A DNA stretch of 43,262 nucleotides, from contig MZGK01000021.1 of NCBI GenBank assembly GCA_002085025.1, positions 1 through 43,262 of the forward strand. The letters are read 5' to 3'. Shown one piece after another: positions 32,844 to 42,711 of the stretch (position 1 is its first letter; each line of letters opens with the position of its first letter). A model generated the notes under the pieces. The model searched no databases. It saw nothing but the letters and a program-made list of their open reading frames with translations, and was not told the DNA's origin. This stretch comes from Candidatus Omnitrophica bacterium 4484_213 (GTDB lineage Bacteria; Omnitrophota; 4484-213). The translations under genes were made by a program, and so were the position numbers.

Positions 32844-34082
32844 TTAAAACTTCTTTTTACGCCAATTTTCTTCTATTTTTTCTAGACTAAAATAGCATTT
32901 TTGCCGAAAGGCGTCTTCGATACTTTCTCCTTCCTTTAATTTCTCCAATATCTTCTTAATCCGCCACATTCCGTATTCGTCAATTATATAACTTACAAAG
33001 CAATAAGATTGCTGGTAAGCACGAGTAACGAGCTCGGGAGAAGCGCAGGAAAAAGCAATTTCCAAATCCCTAAGAGAAAAAAAGCCTCTTTCTTTTAATA
33101 TTTTATAAAAGCGCTCTAATTCTGCTGAAGGGCCCGGATATTGTTCATATTGGGCTAACCCCTCGTTAAGCCAGATTGGGCAATTTCCTCCTGCCAAATC
33201 GCGCACCAAAACATGGGTATATTCGTGACGGAGAACTTCTTTGAGTTTGCCTTTTATATCTAAAACCTGGTCAGCGGAGATTCTGATTTTACCGTCATAG
33301 ACCCCTAAGGACCTTGTATTTACTAACTTTTGATAATCATCGGTTGAATAGACCAAAACAATTACTTTGTAGTGAGGAAAATAATTGAAGTCCTGGCCAA
33401 CCTCCCGATATGCCTGCTCTAAATAATCCCTAATTTTATACTCCTGATTTCGGACGGCATTTTCCTGATAGCGAATATCAAAGTGGTAATTGCTGACTTT
33501 ATCCAACTTACTCTCTACCTCAATCTCCTGCGAAATTTTTTCTAATCTTCGCTTTATTCCCTCCTGCTCGGGGTTTATTTCTAAACATCTTTGCCAATAC
33601 TCCTTTGCTTCTTTTACCTTCTGACTATCGTAGCAAACATCCCCCAATAGAGAAAGAGCATCGGGATTATCCTTATCGTAAGATAATGCCTGCTTTAAAA
33701 ATCTTTCTGCTTCTCGGTATTTCCTATTTTGAAAATATTCATAACCCTGGTTAATGCATAAAGCAGTTATGTTTTTAATCAACAAAGGAGTCCTTTGCAA
33801 CTCTAGCGTCTTCTTTAAAATATCAATTGCCTCTTCTGTCTTGCCCTCGTCGGCTAATTTCAGGGCATAATTATTATAAGCAGTGCAGAGATTTCTTCTG
33901 ATAGTCTCATTATTGGGAAATTGCCTTGAGGCAATTTTAAACTGCAAAATTGCCTCGCGATATTCTCCTCTATTTAATGCCTCTATTCCCTTTTGATTAT
34001 GGTTCTCCCTGGCAGGGACATTGGGAAGAAAAAGGAATAAAAAAAGAAATAAAACTAAATAAATCTTTAGTTTTTTAGGCAT
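32844..34082 (-). CDS. Secreted TPR protein with peptidase MA-like (HExxH) domain
   Basis: Signal peptide, TPR helices, HEYTH and WLNEGLAQY. Confidence 0.85.
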   Translation of the reverse strand: MPKKLKIYLVLFLFLFLFLPNVPARENHNQKGIEALNRGEYREAILQFKIASRQFPNNETIRRNLCTAYNNYALKLADEGKTEEAIDILKKTLELQRTPLLIKNITALCINQGYEYFQNRKYREAERFLKQALSYDKDNPDALSLLGDVCYDSQKVKEAKEYWQRCLEINPEQEGIKRRLEKISQEIEVESKLDKVSNYHFDIRYQENAVRNQEYKIRDYLEQAYREVGQDFNYFPHYKVIVLVYSTDDYQKLVNTRSLGVYDGKIRISADQVLDIKGKLKEVLRHEYTHVLVRDLAGGNCPIWLNEGLAQYEQYPGPSAELERFYKILKERGFFSLRDLEIAFSCASPELVTRAYQQSYCFVSYIIDEYGMWRIKKILEKLKEGESIEDAFRQKCYFSLEKIEENWRKKKF

Positions 34083-34181
34083 AACATAGCTTTGTCGGAA
34101 GCGAAGCCTCGGACAAAGCTACTTTTGCGTTTTGCGAAGTCTTTGCGTCTTGGCGGTTCTTTTTTTGCGTCTTGGCGGTTC

Positions 34182-34268
34182 TGGTGCCGAAGCGGGGATT
34201 TGAACCCCGATGAGATTGCTCTCACTAGCTCCTGAAGCTAGCGCGTCTGCCAGTTCCGCCACTTCGGC
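34182..34268 (-). tRNA. tRNA-Leu(CAG)
   Basis: GCCGAAGTGGCGGAACTGGCAGACGC, CTAGC-TTCAGGA-GCTAG, long variable arm, CCA end. Confidence 0.95.
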
Positions 34269-34297
34269 AAGTTTGTCCGAAGTTTCGCTTCGGACAG

Positions 34298-34573
34298 TCA
34301 AAATCCAATCTCAAAACTCTCAAACTCTCCTGTTGCTTCCTCCCATGCGACTTCTACATCTCTAATATACCTTCCCAAAAAACTTTTCTGAATCTGCTGC
34401 ATAAAATCCTCTAAGAGACCTTTCTCCCCTTCAGCAACTACCTCTACTCTTCCGTCTCTGAGATTCTTTACCCACCCCTTCAGACCTAAAGATAGAGCAA
34501 TCCTCTCGGCAGTAAACCTAAACCCTACTCCCTGAACATAACCTGAATAAAAGAGATGGATGCGCGAAATCAT
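34298..34573 (-). CDS. acyP: Acylphosphatase
   Basis: [22 protein letters not shown]. Confidence 0.95.
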   Translation of the reverse strand: MISRIHLFYSGYVQGVGFRFTAERIALSLGLKGWVKNLRDGRVEVVAEGEKGLLEDFMQQIQKSFLGRYIRDVEVAWEEATGEFESFEIGF

Positions 34574-35028
34574 ATAAGTTTAATTATTCCCTTTGCCCCC
34601 AGCGTTATCAATATCCCGGCAATGATAACCCCACCAGTCATTGCCGCAAAAGCCAAACGATGTTTCATCCCCAACAAAAATGCGGCTATTGAGCCAGCCC
34701 AGATACCCGAACCGGGTAGGGGTATGGCCACAAATAGCATCAGACCGAACCAACCATATCTCTCTACTATTCTCGTCTTTCGCCTGGTGTGATAAAAAAC
34801 CCATTCTAAGACATTGTGCCCTATCTGAGAATGCCTGCTGAGCCAATCGGAAAAGTGCTCTAAAAACCACAAAATCGGAATTATCGGAGTCAGATTACCT
34901 AATAGCGAGGCAACAAAGGCATAACCAGGCGGTAGGCGAAAATTAACAATCGCTATGGGAATTGAACCTCGTAGTTCGGTAATCGGCAGCATCGCCAATA
35001 AAAAGGTAAGAAATATCTTGCTTAACAT
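34570..35028 (-). CDS. Small multidrug export-family (COG2426-like) membrane protein
   Basis: [25 protein letters not shown]. Confidence 0.85.
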   Translation of the reverse strand: MLSKIFLTFLLAMLPITELRGSIPIAIVNFRLPPGYAFVASLLGNLTPIIPILWFLEHFSDWLSRHSQIGHNVLEWVFYHTRRKTRIVERYGWFGLMLFVAIPLPGSGIWAGSIAAFLLGMKHRLAFAAMTGGVIIAGILITLGAKGIIKLI

Positions 35029-35030
35029 TG

Positions 35031-35843
35031 TTAAAAGATTTCCAAATCTGAAGTTTTAACCCAGCCTGTTTTTTTATCGGAACGTTCAATTTTGCACCAG
35101 GAGTCTTTGAGTGAGACTACATAAATTTTCATACCTTCATAGAGAGTAAAATGTGTTGTCGCTGTATCAAACGGTTCAAATTTAGCATCTGTCTTTTCTG
35201 CAATTATTACCGCTTCTTTACCCGCTACTGAGGCTTTCTCAAATAGTGCAATAGAAAATAGGACAAAAATAATAATCAAAATCGCCAATGTGCCAGCCCT
35301 GTATTTTCTGATAGAGGGAATATACATAGTCAGCGAGATAACCAAGAGAATCATTGTAAATATTACGGCTAAAGAAAAAGCCAATCCATCAATGGTAAAC
35401 AAAGAAAATACCCGAGCAAAGGCGATTCTATACCCTTGGGTTTTGGTTTCAATAACACCCCCTTTTATCAATGACCTTGCGTATTCATAGTTCGATTTTA
35501 AATCACTGTCTCTGGGGATGAGCCGCTTTGCTTTTTCATAATTGAGGATTGCTTTACCAAGCTTACCCTTCTTAAAATAAGAATTTGCCAAATTATAATA
35601 AAGATTGCCACTTTCAAACCCTGAATTTAATACTTCTTCATATGCCTTTATTGCCTTATCATATTTTTCTTCGGAATAGTAGGTGTTTGCGCGGTAGAAG
35701 TTGCTCTGAACATCTGCATAAAGCACAGGGCAAAGAGCAGAAAACACAAAGTAGAATAGCATGGTACACAAAACAGAGCGCATTAAAGTGCTTAAAGTTT
35801 CTAAGTGCCTAAAGTGCCTAAAATTCTTACCTTCCATTTGCAA
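35031..35843 (-). CDS. batE: BatE-like TPR/SH3 membrane protein (start uncertain, alternative ATG 35783)
   Basis: LYYNLANSYFK..LGKAILNYEKA, two TM helices, C-terminal LYEG..W..GWV SH3-like domain; operon position. Confidence 0.8.
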   Translation of the reverse strand: MQMEGKNFRHFRHLETLSTLMRSVLCTMLFYFVFSALCPVLYADVQSNFYRANTYYSEEKYDKAIKAYEEVLNSGFESGNLYYNLANSYFKKGKLGKAILNYEKAKRLIPRDSDLKSNYEYARSLIKGGVIETKTQGYRIAFARVFSLFTIDGLAFSLAVIFTMILLVISLTMYIPSIRKYRAGTLAILIIIFVLFSIALFEKASVAGKEAVIIAEKTDAKFEPFDTATTHFTLYEGMKIYVVSLKDSWCKIERSDKKTGWVKTSDLEIF

Positions 35844-35952
35844 CTCCTAACTTCCCGTTTAAAGTGCCTGAAGTTTCTAAGTGCCTAAAGTGCCTAAAAT
35901 TAACTTTAGGCACTTTACAATTTTAGCTCACTTTAGGCACTTTCTAGACTTT
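35785..35952. repeat. 9-mer AAAGTGCCT inverted array at the batD/batE junction
   Basis: Tandem AAGTGCCTA units versus TTTAGGCACTT units. Confidence 0.85.
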
Positions 35953-37842
35953 CTTCCTCTCCAGATAATCAATGACCTTACGCATATCATTAAAGACAAT
36001 CTCTGCTTTAGATTTGTCAAACTCTCCTACAGCCTCTGCCCTCTGCCCTATGCCCTTTGCCTCTCCTAAGGGCGCATAGCGGGCCATATCGCAAGCGCTA
36101 AGGACACCAGTTAATTTATCTAAAATTTCACCATCTATATTTTTAGTCTCTAATATTTTCTTAACTGCATCAATAGTTACGGCACCTGCAGGCAGGTGAA
36201 GCTTATCCGCCAGATATCCTATTAAGGTCTTATGGACGCAATCGAAAAACTCTCCGCTTTTTCCCTGCTCTAAAAATCTTCGTGCCCTTGTAATTCCTTG
36301 TCGAGCTTTCACCGGTGCCTGCAGACGTCTGGCATATCGTTCATCGCTCTTAAGCTTCTCTTGATGTTTACGAAAAGTTACCAGAGCACTAAAAACAATC
36401 AATATAAGTAAGTGATAAAACCAAAAACCTGCTCTCTGATAAGGATACTGGTCTATTCGTTTCAATCTTCCCGGCGATTCCTTAATATAAACAATATCTC
36501 TACCTAAAAGTTCCTCCTTGGCTGCCTTTACAACAGCTTGGGGGATTTCCACAATTTTTAATTCACCGCCTTCTGGTTTGCTTACCGAGATTGGAAAAGG
36601 CCCCTCTACAAGTGAACAGTACTTTCCCGTGTGAGGATTAAAGAAATTGAAGGTTATTTTAGGAATTTCTTTTACCTTCTCTGATTGGGGAATAAGTACC
36701 TGCTCAAAAACCTTAGCGCCTTGACCTTGTTTTGCCTGCGGCTGGTAAACCTTAAATCCTTCTTTTGAATTTAGAACAGGGCTGGATACGGTATCAAAAT
36801 TCCCTGTTCCAGTTATAGTCATTGTTACTGTAATTGGGTCGCCGGCCTTTACTTCTTTGGGTGAAACCTCGGCTTTAAATTGGAAATTACCAATCGCTCC
36901 CTTAAAATTAGCCGGTTTGCCTTCACTGGGTAATGGTCGGACGCTAATCTTCAAAGGTGATGATGTAACCTGAAATGGATAGGCTTCGTAGCGCCCAAAA
37001 AAGTCGTTAAATATATCCTCGTCAAAAAATCGGCCAAAGAAATCATTATCAAATCCAAAGAAATCATTATCAAATGGTGTGCGTCTGCGTCTTTGCCGCT
37101 TATGAACTATAAGATTGCAATCTACTTTAGCCGGGCCTAAGAGAAATTGGCCAGGTTTCACCGCAAACATATTAGTATTAAATTCAATAACATCATAAAC
37201 AATGCCGCCAATAGTCTGACGGTACTGTTTAGGCTCTCCAAATTCTTTTATGGAAAAACCTTCGTGCTCAAATTTCGGATATTGAATGTCCCTCACTCCC
37301 AGACGGTTTATATATAGTTTTATAAATAAGGGGATAGACTCATTCACATAAGGTTGCAATTTCCCGGCTTTAACGGTAAGAAAAATCCTATCCTTTAACT
37401 CTTCTTCTGAGATTGTTCCCTGAGCAGTGCTGGGTCTTTGAGTTTGTCGTGGCGGTGGTGACGGAGCGGATACAACCTCAACGGTTAAAGCCTGAGAAGT
37501 AAAGGTTTCTCCATTAATAACCACCGAAAAAGGTCCAATCTCAAATTTTCCTGTTTTTAATGGTATTAATGTATAAATATGGGTTATGGAAGAAGAAACC
37601 CGACCATTGACAACAGATATCCTTGTTGAAGGACCAAGATAGCGCACCTGAAAGCCATCAATCCCACCAATATCTGGCGCAGATACATTCTGCGTCCCAT
37701 AAAATGATAAGTTAAGTTGCAGGTTCTCTCCTAAAGAAACAGTTTTCCGATCTACAGTTGCTTCAAACCGTATATCAGAAGCAAGAACCACTCCTTCTAA
37801 AACCACCAACAATAATAAAACAATAATAACTTTTTTCAGCAT
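35944..37842 (-). CDS. batD: BatD family protein
   Basis: Signal peptide, repeated Ig-like BatD domains, F.GAIG.F, FFNP.TG.Y, C-terminal TM helix and CD.ARYAP. Confidence 0.85.
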   Translation of the reverse strand: MLKKVIIVLLLLVVLEGVVLASDIRFEATVDRKTVSLGENLQLNLSFYGTQNVSAPDIGGIDGFQVRYLGPSTRISVVNGRVSSSITHIYTLIPLKTGKFEIGPFSVVINGETFTSQALTVEVVSAPSPPPRQTQRPSTAQGTISEEELKDRIFLTVKAGKLQPYVNESIPLFIKLYINRLGVRDIQYPKFEHEGFSIKEFGEPKQYRQTIGGIVYDVIEFNTNMFAVKPGQFLLGPAKVDCNLIVHKRQRRRRTPFDNDFFGFDNDFFGRFFDEDIFNDFFGRYEAYPFQVTSSPLKISVRPLPSEGKPANFKGAIGNFQFKAEVSPKEVKAGDPITVTMTITGTGNFDTVSSPVLNSKEGFKVYQPQAKQGQGAKVFEQVLIPQSEKVKEIPKITFNFFNPHTGKYCSLVEGPFPISVSKPEGGELKIVEIPQAVVKAAKEELLGRDIVYIKESPGRLKRIDQYPYQRAGFWFYHLLILIVFSALVTFRKHQEKLKSDERYARRLQAPVKARQGITRARRFLEQGKSGEFFDCVHKTLIGYLADKLHLPAGAVTIDAVKKILETKNIDGEILDKLTGVLSACDMARYAPLGEAKGIGQRAEAVGEFDKSKAEIVFNDMRKVIDYLERKKV

Positions 37843-37910
37843 CTCTTTAATGAACTGAAAAATAACTTTAGGCATTTTAGGTGCTTAGAAACTTTAGACA
37901 TTTCTCAAAA

Positions 37911-38732
37911 CTACCAATCCTTGAGTACAGGCGGATAATATCTCCCTCTTGCTTTTCTCTGCATATTACCGACTGACTGGTCCTGCTGGTCATAACGCTC
38001 AAGTAACATCCTTGCTTCCTCTTCCGACATCTCCCCTTCTGCTTCTTGTTCCGCTTCATAGCCTTTAGCTTGTTCTATATCCTGTTCTTTTTGTTTATCT
38101 TCTTTTTCTTCGTCTTTCCGGGCAGCTTCCCGCTGTTTATGTTCATCTTTTTTTTCTTCTCCCTCTGCCTTTTGCCCTCTACCCTCTACCTGTTTCTCTT
38201 TATCCTCCGAGCCCTTAGCCGAGGAGGATTGTCGCTTTAACTTATCTAAAAGAATTTTAAGCTCTCTTTCTACAAATTCATGGTTGTATTTGGCATTGAT
38301 ATCCTTCTCATTTAATTCTATTGCCCGTTTATAGTAATCAAGCGCTTCGCGATACAAACCAACAGCTGAGGATAGGTCCGTATTTTTTTTAAGCGTGCCT
38401 AAACGATATTTGCTGTTTCCTATATTGTAAGCCGCCTTTTCTTCAATCTTGGGATTGTCGCTAAGCAATGCTTTGTTGAAAGCCTTGATGGCTTTTTCAT
38501 AATCTCCTTTCTGGTATAATGCTGCACCCATGTTAAAGTTAACTACATCAGAGTCAGGCATATCAACCTTAGCCTCATTGTAATATTTTAAAGCCTCATC
38601 AAACTTGCCCTGACGGTAAAAGCTATTTCCCTCTTTTACGCTGGCAGGGGCAGATGCAGCAAAACAAAGAGACTGCTTGAAAAATATAATGGTAACCGCT
38701 AAACAAGATATTACAAAGATTTTCCTGGACAT
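37911..38732 (-). CDS. batC: BatC-like TPR protein
   Basis: TPRs, AKYN.E, low-complexity Q/E/K linker, MSEEEARMLL, terminal KDW. Confidence 0.8.
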   Translation of the reverse strand: MSRKIFVISCLAVTIIFFKQSLCFAASAPASVKEGNSFYRQGKFDEALKYYNEAKVDMPDSDVVNFNMGAALYQKGDYEKAIKAFNKALLSDNPKIEEKAAYNIGNSKYRLGTLKKNTDLSSAVGLYREALDYYKRAIELNEKDINAKYNHEFVERELKILLDKLKRQSSSAKGSEDKEKQVEGRGQKAEGEEKKDEHKQREAARKDEEKEDKQKEQDIEQAKGYEAEQEAEGEMSEEEARMLLERYDQQDQSVGNMQRKARGRYYPPVLKDW

Positions 38733-38743
38733 TTGACTACAGT

Positions 38744-38815
38744 AAAGTGACTAAAGTTTCTAAATGCCTAAAGTGAGCTAAAATTAACTTTAGGCACTTT
38801 CTAACTTTAGGCATT
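38744..38815. repeat. 9-mer inverted array at the batB/batC junction (empty)
   Basis: AAAGTGACTAAAGTTTCTAAATGCCTAAAG versus CTTTAGGCACTTTCTAACTTTAGGCATT. Confidence 0.85.
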
Positions 38816-39811
38816 TTTCCTCCTTTCACTTATAAAAAGCTCTCCTAAAAGTAAAAGAAATGCTAAGACTAAGGGAATCTGAAAGCGTTCTTCAAATTGC
38901 CTGGCTAATTTACTCTCCAGTTCTCGCTTTTCCATTTTGGAAAGTTTCTCTTTATAAATCAAGTCTAAGCCGAACTCAGTAGCCCCGGAACGGACATAAC
39001 TGCCACCGGTAGCAAGGGCTATCTTCTGTAAGGTAGTTTCATCTAATCTGGATTTAACCACATTACCCTGACGGTCTTTTAAAAATGTCTTGTTACCTTT
39101 CTCATCTGTAAGGGTAATTAATTCACCTTGAGGTGTGCCGATACCGATACAAAATATTTTCACTCCTTCTTTTTTTGCCTCCTCAGCGGCTTTTTCAGGA
39201 TTACTCTCATGGTCTTCACCATCACTAATAAGAATTAGCACCTTGTATTTTTTTAATCCCCCTTCATAACTTCTCATCGCCTCTTTTATTGCTTTTGAGA
39301 TTGAGGTGCCGCCGCGGGGAATTATATTGACATTCAAACTATTCACTGAAAGAAGAAATCCGCCGTAATCTACAGTTAAAGGACATTGCAAAAACGCCTC
39401 ACCGGTAAAGGCAATGAGCCCCACACGATCGCCTTTTAAGTGTCGGGTGAAATCTTTTAGAGCCAGTTTTGTCCGTTCTAATCTATTGGGTTTGACATCG
39501 GTGGCTAACATACTTTTGGAGGTATCTACGGCGATAATAATATCCAGACCTTTGCGCTTTATCTCCTGCCAGTGGAATCCCCACTGTGGACGCAAAAAGG
39601 AAAGAACGATCAAAAAAACTGCCAAGATCATTAAAATGATTTTAACTCTTTGGTTTCTCTTATCTAACGAAGAGGTTAAATCTGCAATAAGGTTCTTCTT
39701 CGCAAATCGCTCCATTGTGGCTTTTCTTTTTTTAGATGACCAAAGATAAAATCCGGCAAGCGCTACTATAATCCACAATAGATGTAATGCTCCTAAATTA
39801 GCAAATCTCAT
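38807..39811 (-). CDS. batB: BatB vWA-domain protein
   Basis: RPQWG, MIDAS DTSKSM, PNRLE, PLTVD, SDGEDH. Confidence 0.88.
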   Translation of the reverse strand: MRFANLGALHLLWIIVALAGFYLWSSKKRKATMERFAKKNLIADLTSSLDKRNQRVKIILMILAVFLIVLSFLRPQWGFHWQEIKRKGLDIIIAVDTSKSMLATDVKPNRLERTKLALKDFTRHLKGDRVGLIAFTGEAFLQCPLTVDYGGFLLSVNSLNVNIIPRGGTSISKAIKEAMRSYEGGLKKYKVLILISDGEDHESNPEKAAEEAKKEGVKIFCIGIGTPQGELITLTDEKGNKTFLKDRQGNVVKSRLDETTLQKIALATGGSYVRSGATEFGLDLIYKEKLSKMEKRELESKLARQFEERFQIPLVLAFLLLLGELFISERRKNA

Positions 39812-39820
39812 AATAAGTGA

Positions 39821-40648
39821 CTAAAGTTGTAAAGTGTCTAAAGTGAACGCCTCAGTTTTGCTGGCAATATCTATTAAGGTATCTTCATCAATATCTATCT
39901 TTATTGATTGGTAAACCTTATTACCAAAGAAATCTCTTGCCGGATAAGGAGCCAAGCCTCTGGTGCCCGCGCCAATAGTATACACCTTTATCTCTAAAGA
40001 CCGGGCGGCCTCGGCGGCTAAAGAGGGTGAAATATCACCGGCATTGTTCCTTCCATCGGTTAATAAAATAACTACTTTACTCTTGGCTTTTGTATCTTTA
40101 AGCCGATTTAGACTGGAGGCCAGCCCCAAACCTATGGCTGTACCATCTTCAATCATTCCTATCTTGACACGCTCAAGGTTTTGAAGCAACCAGTTATAAT
40201 CAAGAGTCAGCGGACTTACAGTATATGCTTGCGCTGCAAACGCTACGAGTCCTATGCGGTCATTTTCTCTACCTTGGATGAATTTTTGGACAACATCTTT
40301 TACCGCATCCAGACGGTTGACTCTCTTACCTCTCAATGTAAAGTCCTCAGCCAGCATACTTGTAGAAACATCTAAGGCTAAAACAATATCAATACCTTCG
40401 GTTTCAATCTTAGTTTCCTCCAGGGGTTCTTGAGGTCTAGATAAAGCCACTGCTATCAGGCAAAGGGCTATAATCCGGAGCAAGTATACATTCTTGGCGA
40501 GAACCACTCTCAGGGATGGCTTCACTCGCTTAAGAAGCTTATCTGTAGAAAAAGTGAGGCTTGCCCTGATTTTTCTCTTCCGTAAATAGTATGCTCCTGC
40601 TAAAACGAGAGGAATCAATAATAAAAATAAAGGATTCTGAAAAGTCAT
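39821..40648 (-). CDS. batA: BatA vWA-domain protein, C-terminally truncated
   Basis: ALSRPQ, GIDI, DVSTSM, DGTAIG, LLTDGRNN; runs into repeat after IASKTEA with no C-terminal TM segment. Confidence 0.85.
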   Translation of the reverse strand: MTFQNPLFLLLIPLVLAGAYYLRKRKIRASLTFSTDKLLKRVKPSLRVVLAKNVYLLRIIALCLIAVALSRPQEPLEETKIETEGIDIVLALDVSTSMLAEDFTLRGKRVNRLDAVKDVVQKFIQGRENDRIGLVAFAAQAYTVSPLTLDYNWLLQNLERVKIGMIEDGTAIGLGLASSLNRLKDTKAKSKVVILLTDGRNNAGDISPSLAAEAARSLEIKVYTIGAGTRGLAPYPARDFFGNKVYQSIKIDIDEDTLIDIASKTEAFTLDTLQL

Positions 40649-40693
40649 GATAAAAGTGCCAAAAGTTTTAAGTGCCTAAAATGCCTAAAGTTA

Positions 40694-40951
40694 TTATTTT
40701 CTCTTTCGAGCAATAGAAGTAAATAGCGCTAGAAGTTCGCTACTTTTATTCTCAAAATCAGCCAAACTAACAGATCTATTAGCCTCCCGGTAATTTGCTC
40801 CTATGGAAGTCTCGCTTTTTATTACTTGGTAACGTATGATATTACTAACTGCGTTATTAGGTAATTGAAATGCAATATTTATAATCATCAACGCAAAATC
40901 TTTGGTCCGCTTTTCTAATTTTCTAGCAAATTCTCTATTACTCTTATCCAT
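40694..40951 (-). CDS. Four-helix-bundle (23S-IVS protein/bAvd-like) protein, apparently lacking helix 3
   Basis: LEKRTKDFA, Q..KSETSIGANYREA, S.ADF.NK, ELLALFTSI; usual KEA.ET.YWL segment absent. Confidence 0.8.
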   Translation of the reverse strand: MDKSNREFARKLEKRTKDFALMIINIAFQLPNNAVSNIIRYQVIKSETSIGANYREANRSVSLADFENKSSELLALFTSIARKRK

Positions 40952-40969
40952 TTTAGGCACTTTGAAACT

Positions 40970-41911
40970 TTAACTTACTTTAGGCATTTCTTCTTTTGTC
41001 TGGTCAATCAGTTTCTTTGCTGATTCAAAGCTTAAACCCACCTCTTTTTCGGGAGGTTTATACCTGGCGAATTTAACAAGGTCGCAATGGGATAAGAAAT
41101 CACGCAAAAGACTTTTGTGTTCATAAGAAAGTGCCTTGTTGTCTTTCACGCTATTTAAAAATTCTTCTGTAGTCATCTCCGGTGCGCGTAAATTGAAGCG
41201 ATTTTCTAAGTAGTGCCTTACAATATCAGACAATTCAATATAATAAAGTTTCAACTCTCCGCGCCTTAGATATTCCTTTTGCGTAAGTGCCTCAAGTGCC
41301 TCGTAGGCAATTTCATGGGCAGGTCGAGGAGGAAGAACAGTTTGAGTTTTTTTGCGTTTAAATAAAAAGAAGGCAGTACCTGCCCCTAAGGCTATTAGCC
41401 CAAGAATTCCCCATAGATACCAGGGAATCTTAACAGGAAAGCCAATTGGTCCAGCAATTTCTCGTATATCGCGTTTATCTTCGGCGTTCTCTAAGATACT
41501 TTCTACTTCTACAGTAATCTCATCAGTGGAAACCTCTTGCCATTCTTTTTGGCTTTTCTTCCTATATTTAACTCTGGCCTCAGGAATTGAATATTTACCA
41601 CTTGTATATGTATCAAGCACATACCACTGCCGATATGTTTTGGTCCTAAACCATCCCTTTCGTGATGTGCCAAAATCTTTAATCGCAAAACCACCCAGGT
41701 TTTGGCCAAATTCAGGGAACTTTATCTCAATATCCTTATCTGCTTTAACGGTGATGCTATAGGTTATCTTATCACCAATGGTTGCTTTATCTTTATCCAC
41801 CGAGGCAGAAACCTCCAGAGGTAGCTTATCAATGGAACCTTGCTCTGATGCAAAGCATATAGCCGGCGTCAAAATCAATATTAATAGCATAGCGCATAGA
41901 GCATAGCGCAT
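40970..41911 (-). CDS. Bat-operon-associated membrane protein
   Basis: Signal peptide from ATG 41911, IGD.I, DIREI, TM helix, PAHEIA, RHYLE.RF...APEMTTEEF, DLVKFA. Confidence 0.8.
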   Translation of the reverse strand: MRYALCAMLLILILTPAICFASEQGSIDKLPLEVSASVDKDKATIGDKITYSITVKADKDIEIKFPEFGQNLGGFAIKDFGTSRKGWFRTKTYRQWYVLDTYTSGKYSIPEARVKYRKKSQKEWQEVSTDEITVEVESILENAEDKRDIREIAGPIGFPVKIPWYLWGILGLIALGAGTAFFLFKRKKTQTVLPPRPAHEIAYEALEALTQKEYLRRGELKLYYIELSDIVRHYLENRFNLRAPEMTTEEFLNSVKDNKALSYEHKSLLRDFLSHCDLVKFARYKPPEKEVGLSFESAKKLIDQTKEEMPKVS

Positions 41912-42004
41912 AGGATTAAAGCATCTTCTTATTTCTGCCATAAGAGAATAGCTACTTAATTGACATTTTTTGGCTTTCATCATCATTTTAAGGATAAAAG
42001 AAGT

Positions 42005-42086
42005 TAGCGAAAATAATTCTGGCAAGACCGCATAACTCATAAACCATTTGGTCAATCTGGTGCTCGTATTCTTTGACCTTGGCTTG
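42005..42086 (-). pseudogene. C-terminal remnant of a type IIG-like restriction-modification enzyme
   Basis: QAKVKEYEHQIDQMVYELCGL resembles the ID..VY.LYGL terminal motif. Confidence 0.5.
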
Positions 42087-42198
42087 CCTGCCTGCCGAAG
42101 CCTCGGCGTAGGCAAGTTTTTGCGACTTTTCAAGGCAGTCTTCAGACCTAACGGAGTAAAACAAAGAAATAAATGTTTAGTTCTTTTAACTTCCATCA

Positions 42199-42560
42199 TC
42201 AAGTCATATTTTTCTCAAAACTTTCAAAATCCTTAACAGGAGCAACAAATTTTGAATCTCTTATAAGTTCAAACCTCTTTTTAGCACTTCCTATCTTAAT
42301 TTTTTCATCGGATTTCAATTCATAAATATTATTAGTTCCTTTGGTTTCAACTACAAAGTAAATTTTTCCTTCAATATGCCCATCCTGAGCTCTTTCTATT
42401 ACTATTGCTCAATCAGGCGTGTAATTGCCAGCAGGTGTTTCTATTTTGTACTCATTGGGTAGTTTTATGAACAATTTTATGCGGGAGTCTTTATCAAGTG
42501 TCTTAGCAAACTCTTCTTCTGTATTTGATTCTTTAATTATCCTATCATAAACTGAAACCG
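42199..42560 (-). pseudogene. Type III restriction (Res) nuclease C-terminal fragment
   Basis: S.TEEEFA..LD...IKLFIKLP..YKIETPAGNYTPD*AIV...YFVVETKG...EKIKI; in-frame TGA at the conserved Trp. Confidence 0.8.
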
Positions 42561-42711
42561 TTCTGATCTTCTTTTGAAAATATGCCGACTGCTTTTTTAA
42601 AGATATCACGCTCCATTTGTGTTGCACGTAATTCTTTGCGGAGCGCGGACTGAGCCGGTATTTATCTTACTACCAACTCTTCAAAGTGTCCACTTTTTCG
42701 GGGGAAGATCA
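42545..42711 (-). mobile_element. IS3-family remnant
   Basis: Left end TGATCTTCCCCCGAAAAAGTGGACAC; OrfA tail LRKELRATQMERDIFKKAVGIFSKE with AAAAAAG motif. Confidence 0.7.

Noticed and set aside
34119-34301. 60-aa ORF over tRNA-Leu
   Set aside because: It is a translation of the tRNA and its flanking repeats.
40694-40951. Diversity-generating retroelement (Avd-like gene)
   Set aside because: No reverse transcriptase and no template/variable repeat pair with adenine-specific mismatches was seen in the window.
41912-42202. 97-aa N-terminal extension of ORF 40970-42202
   Set aside because: It runs through REP and R-M remnants. The signal peptide begins at ATG 41911.
42409-42411. TGA at the conserved Trp of the Res PDW motif as evidence of an alternative genetic code
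   Set aside because: TGA terminates intact genes such as rpsQ, and this locus is decayed. A TGG-to-TGA nonsense change is simpler.
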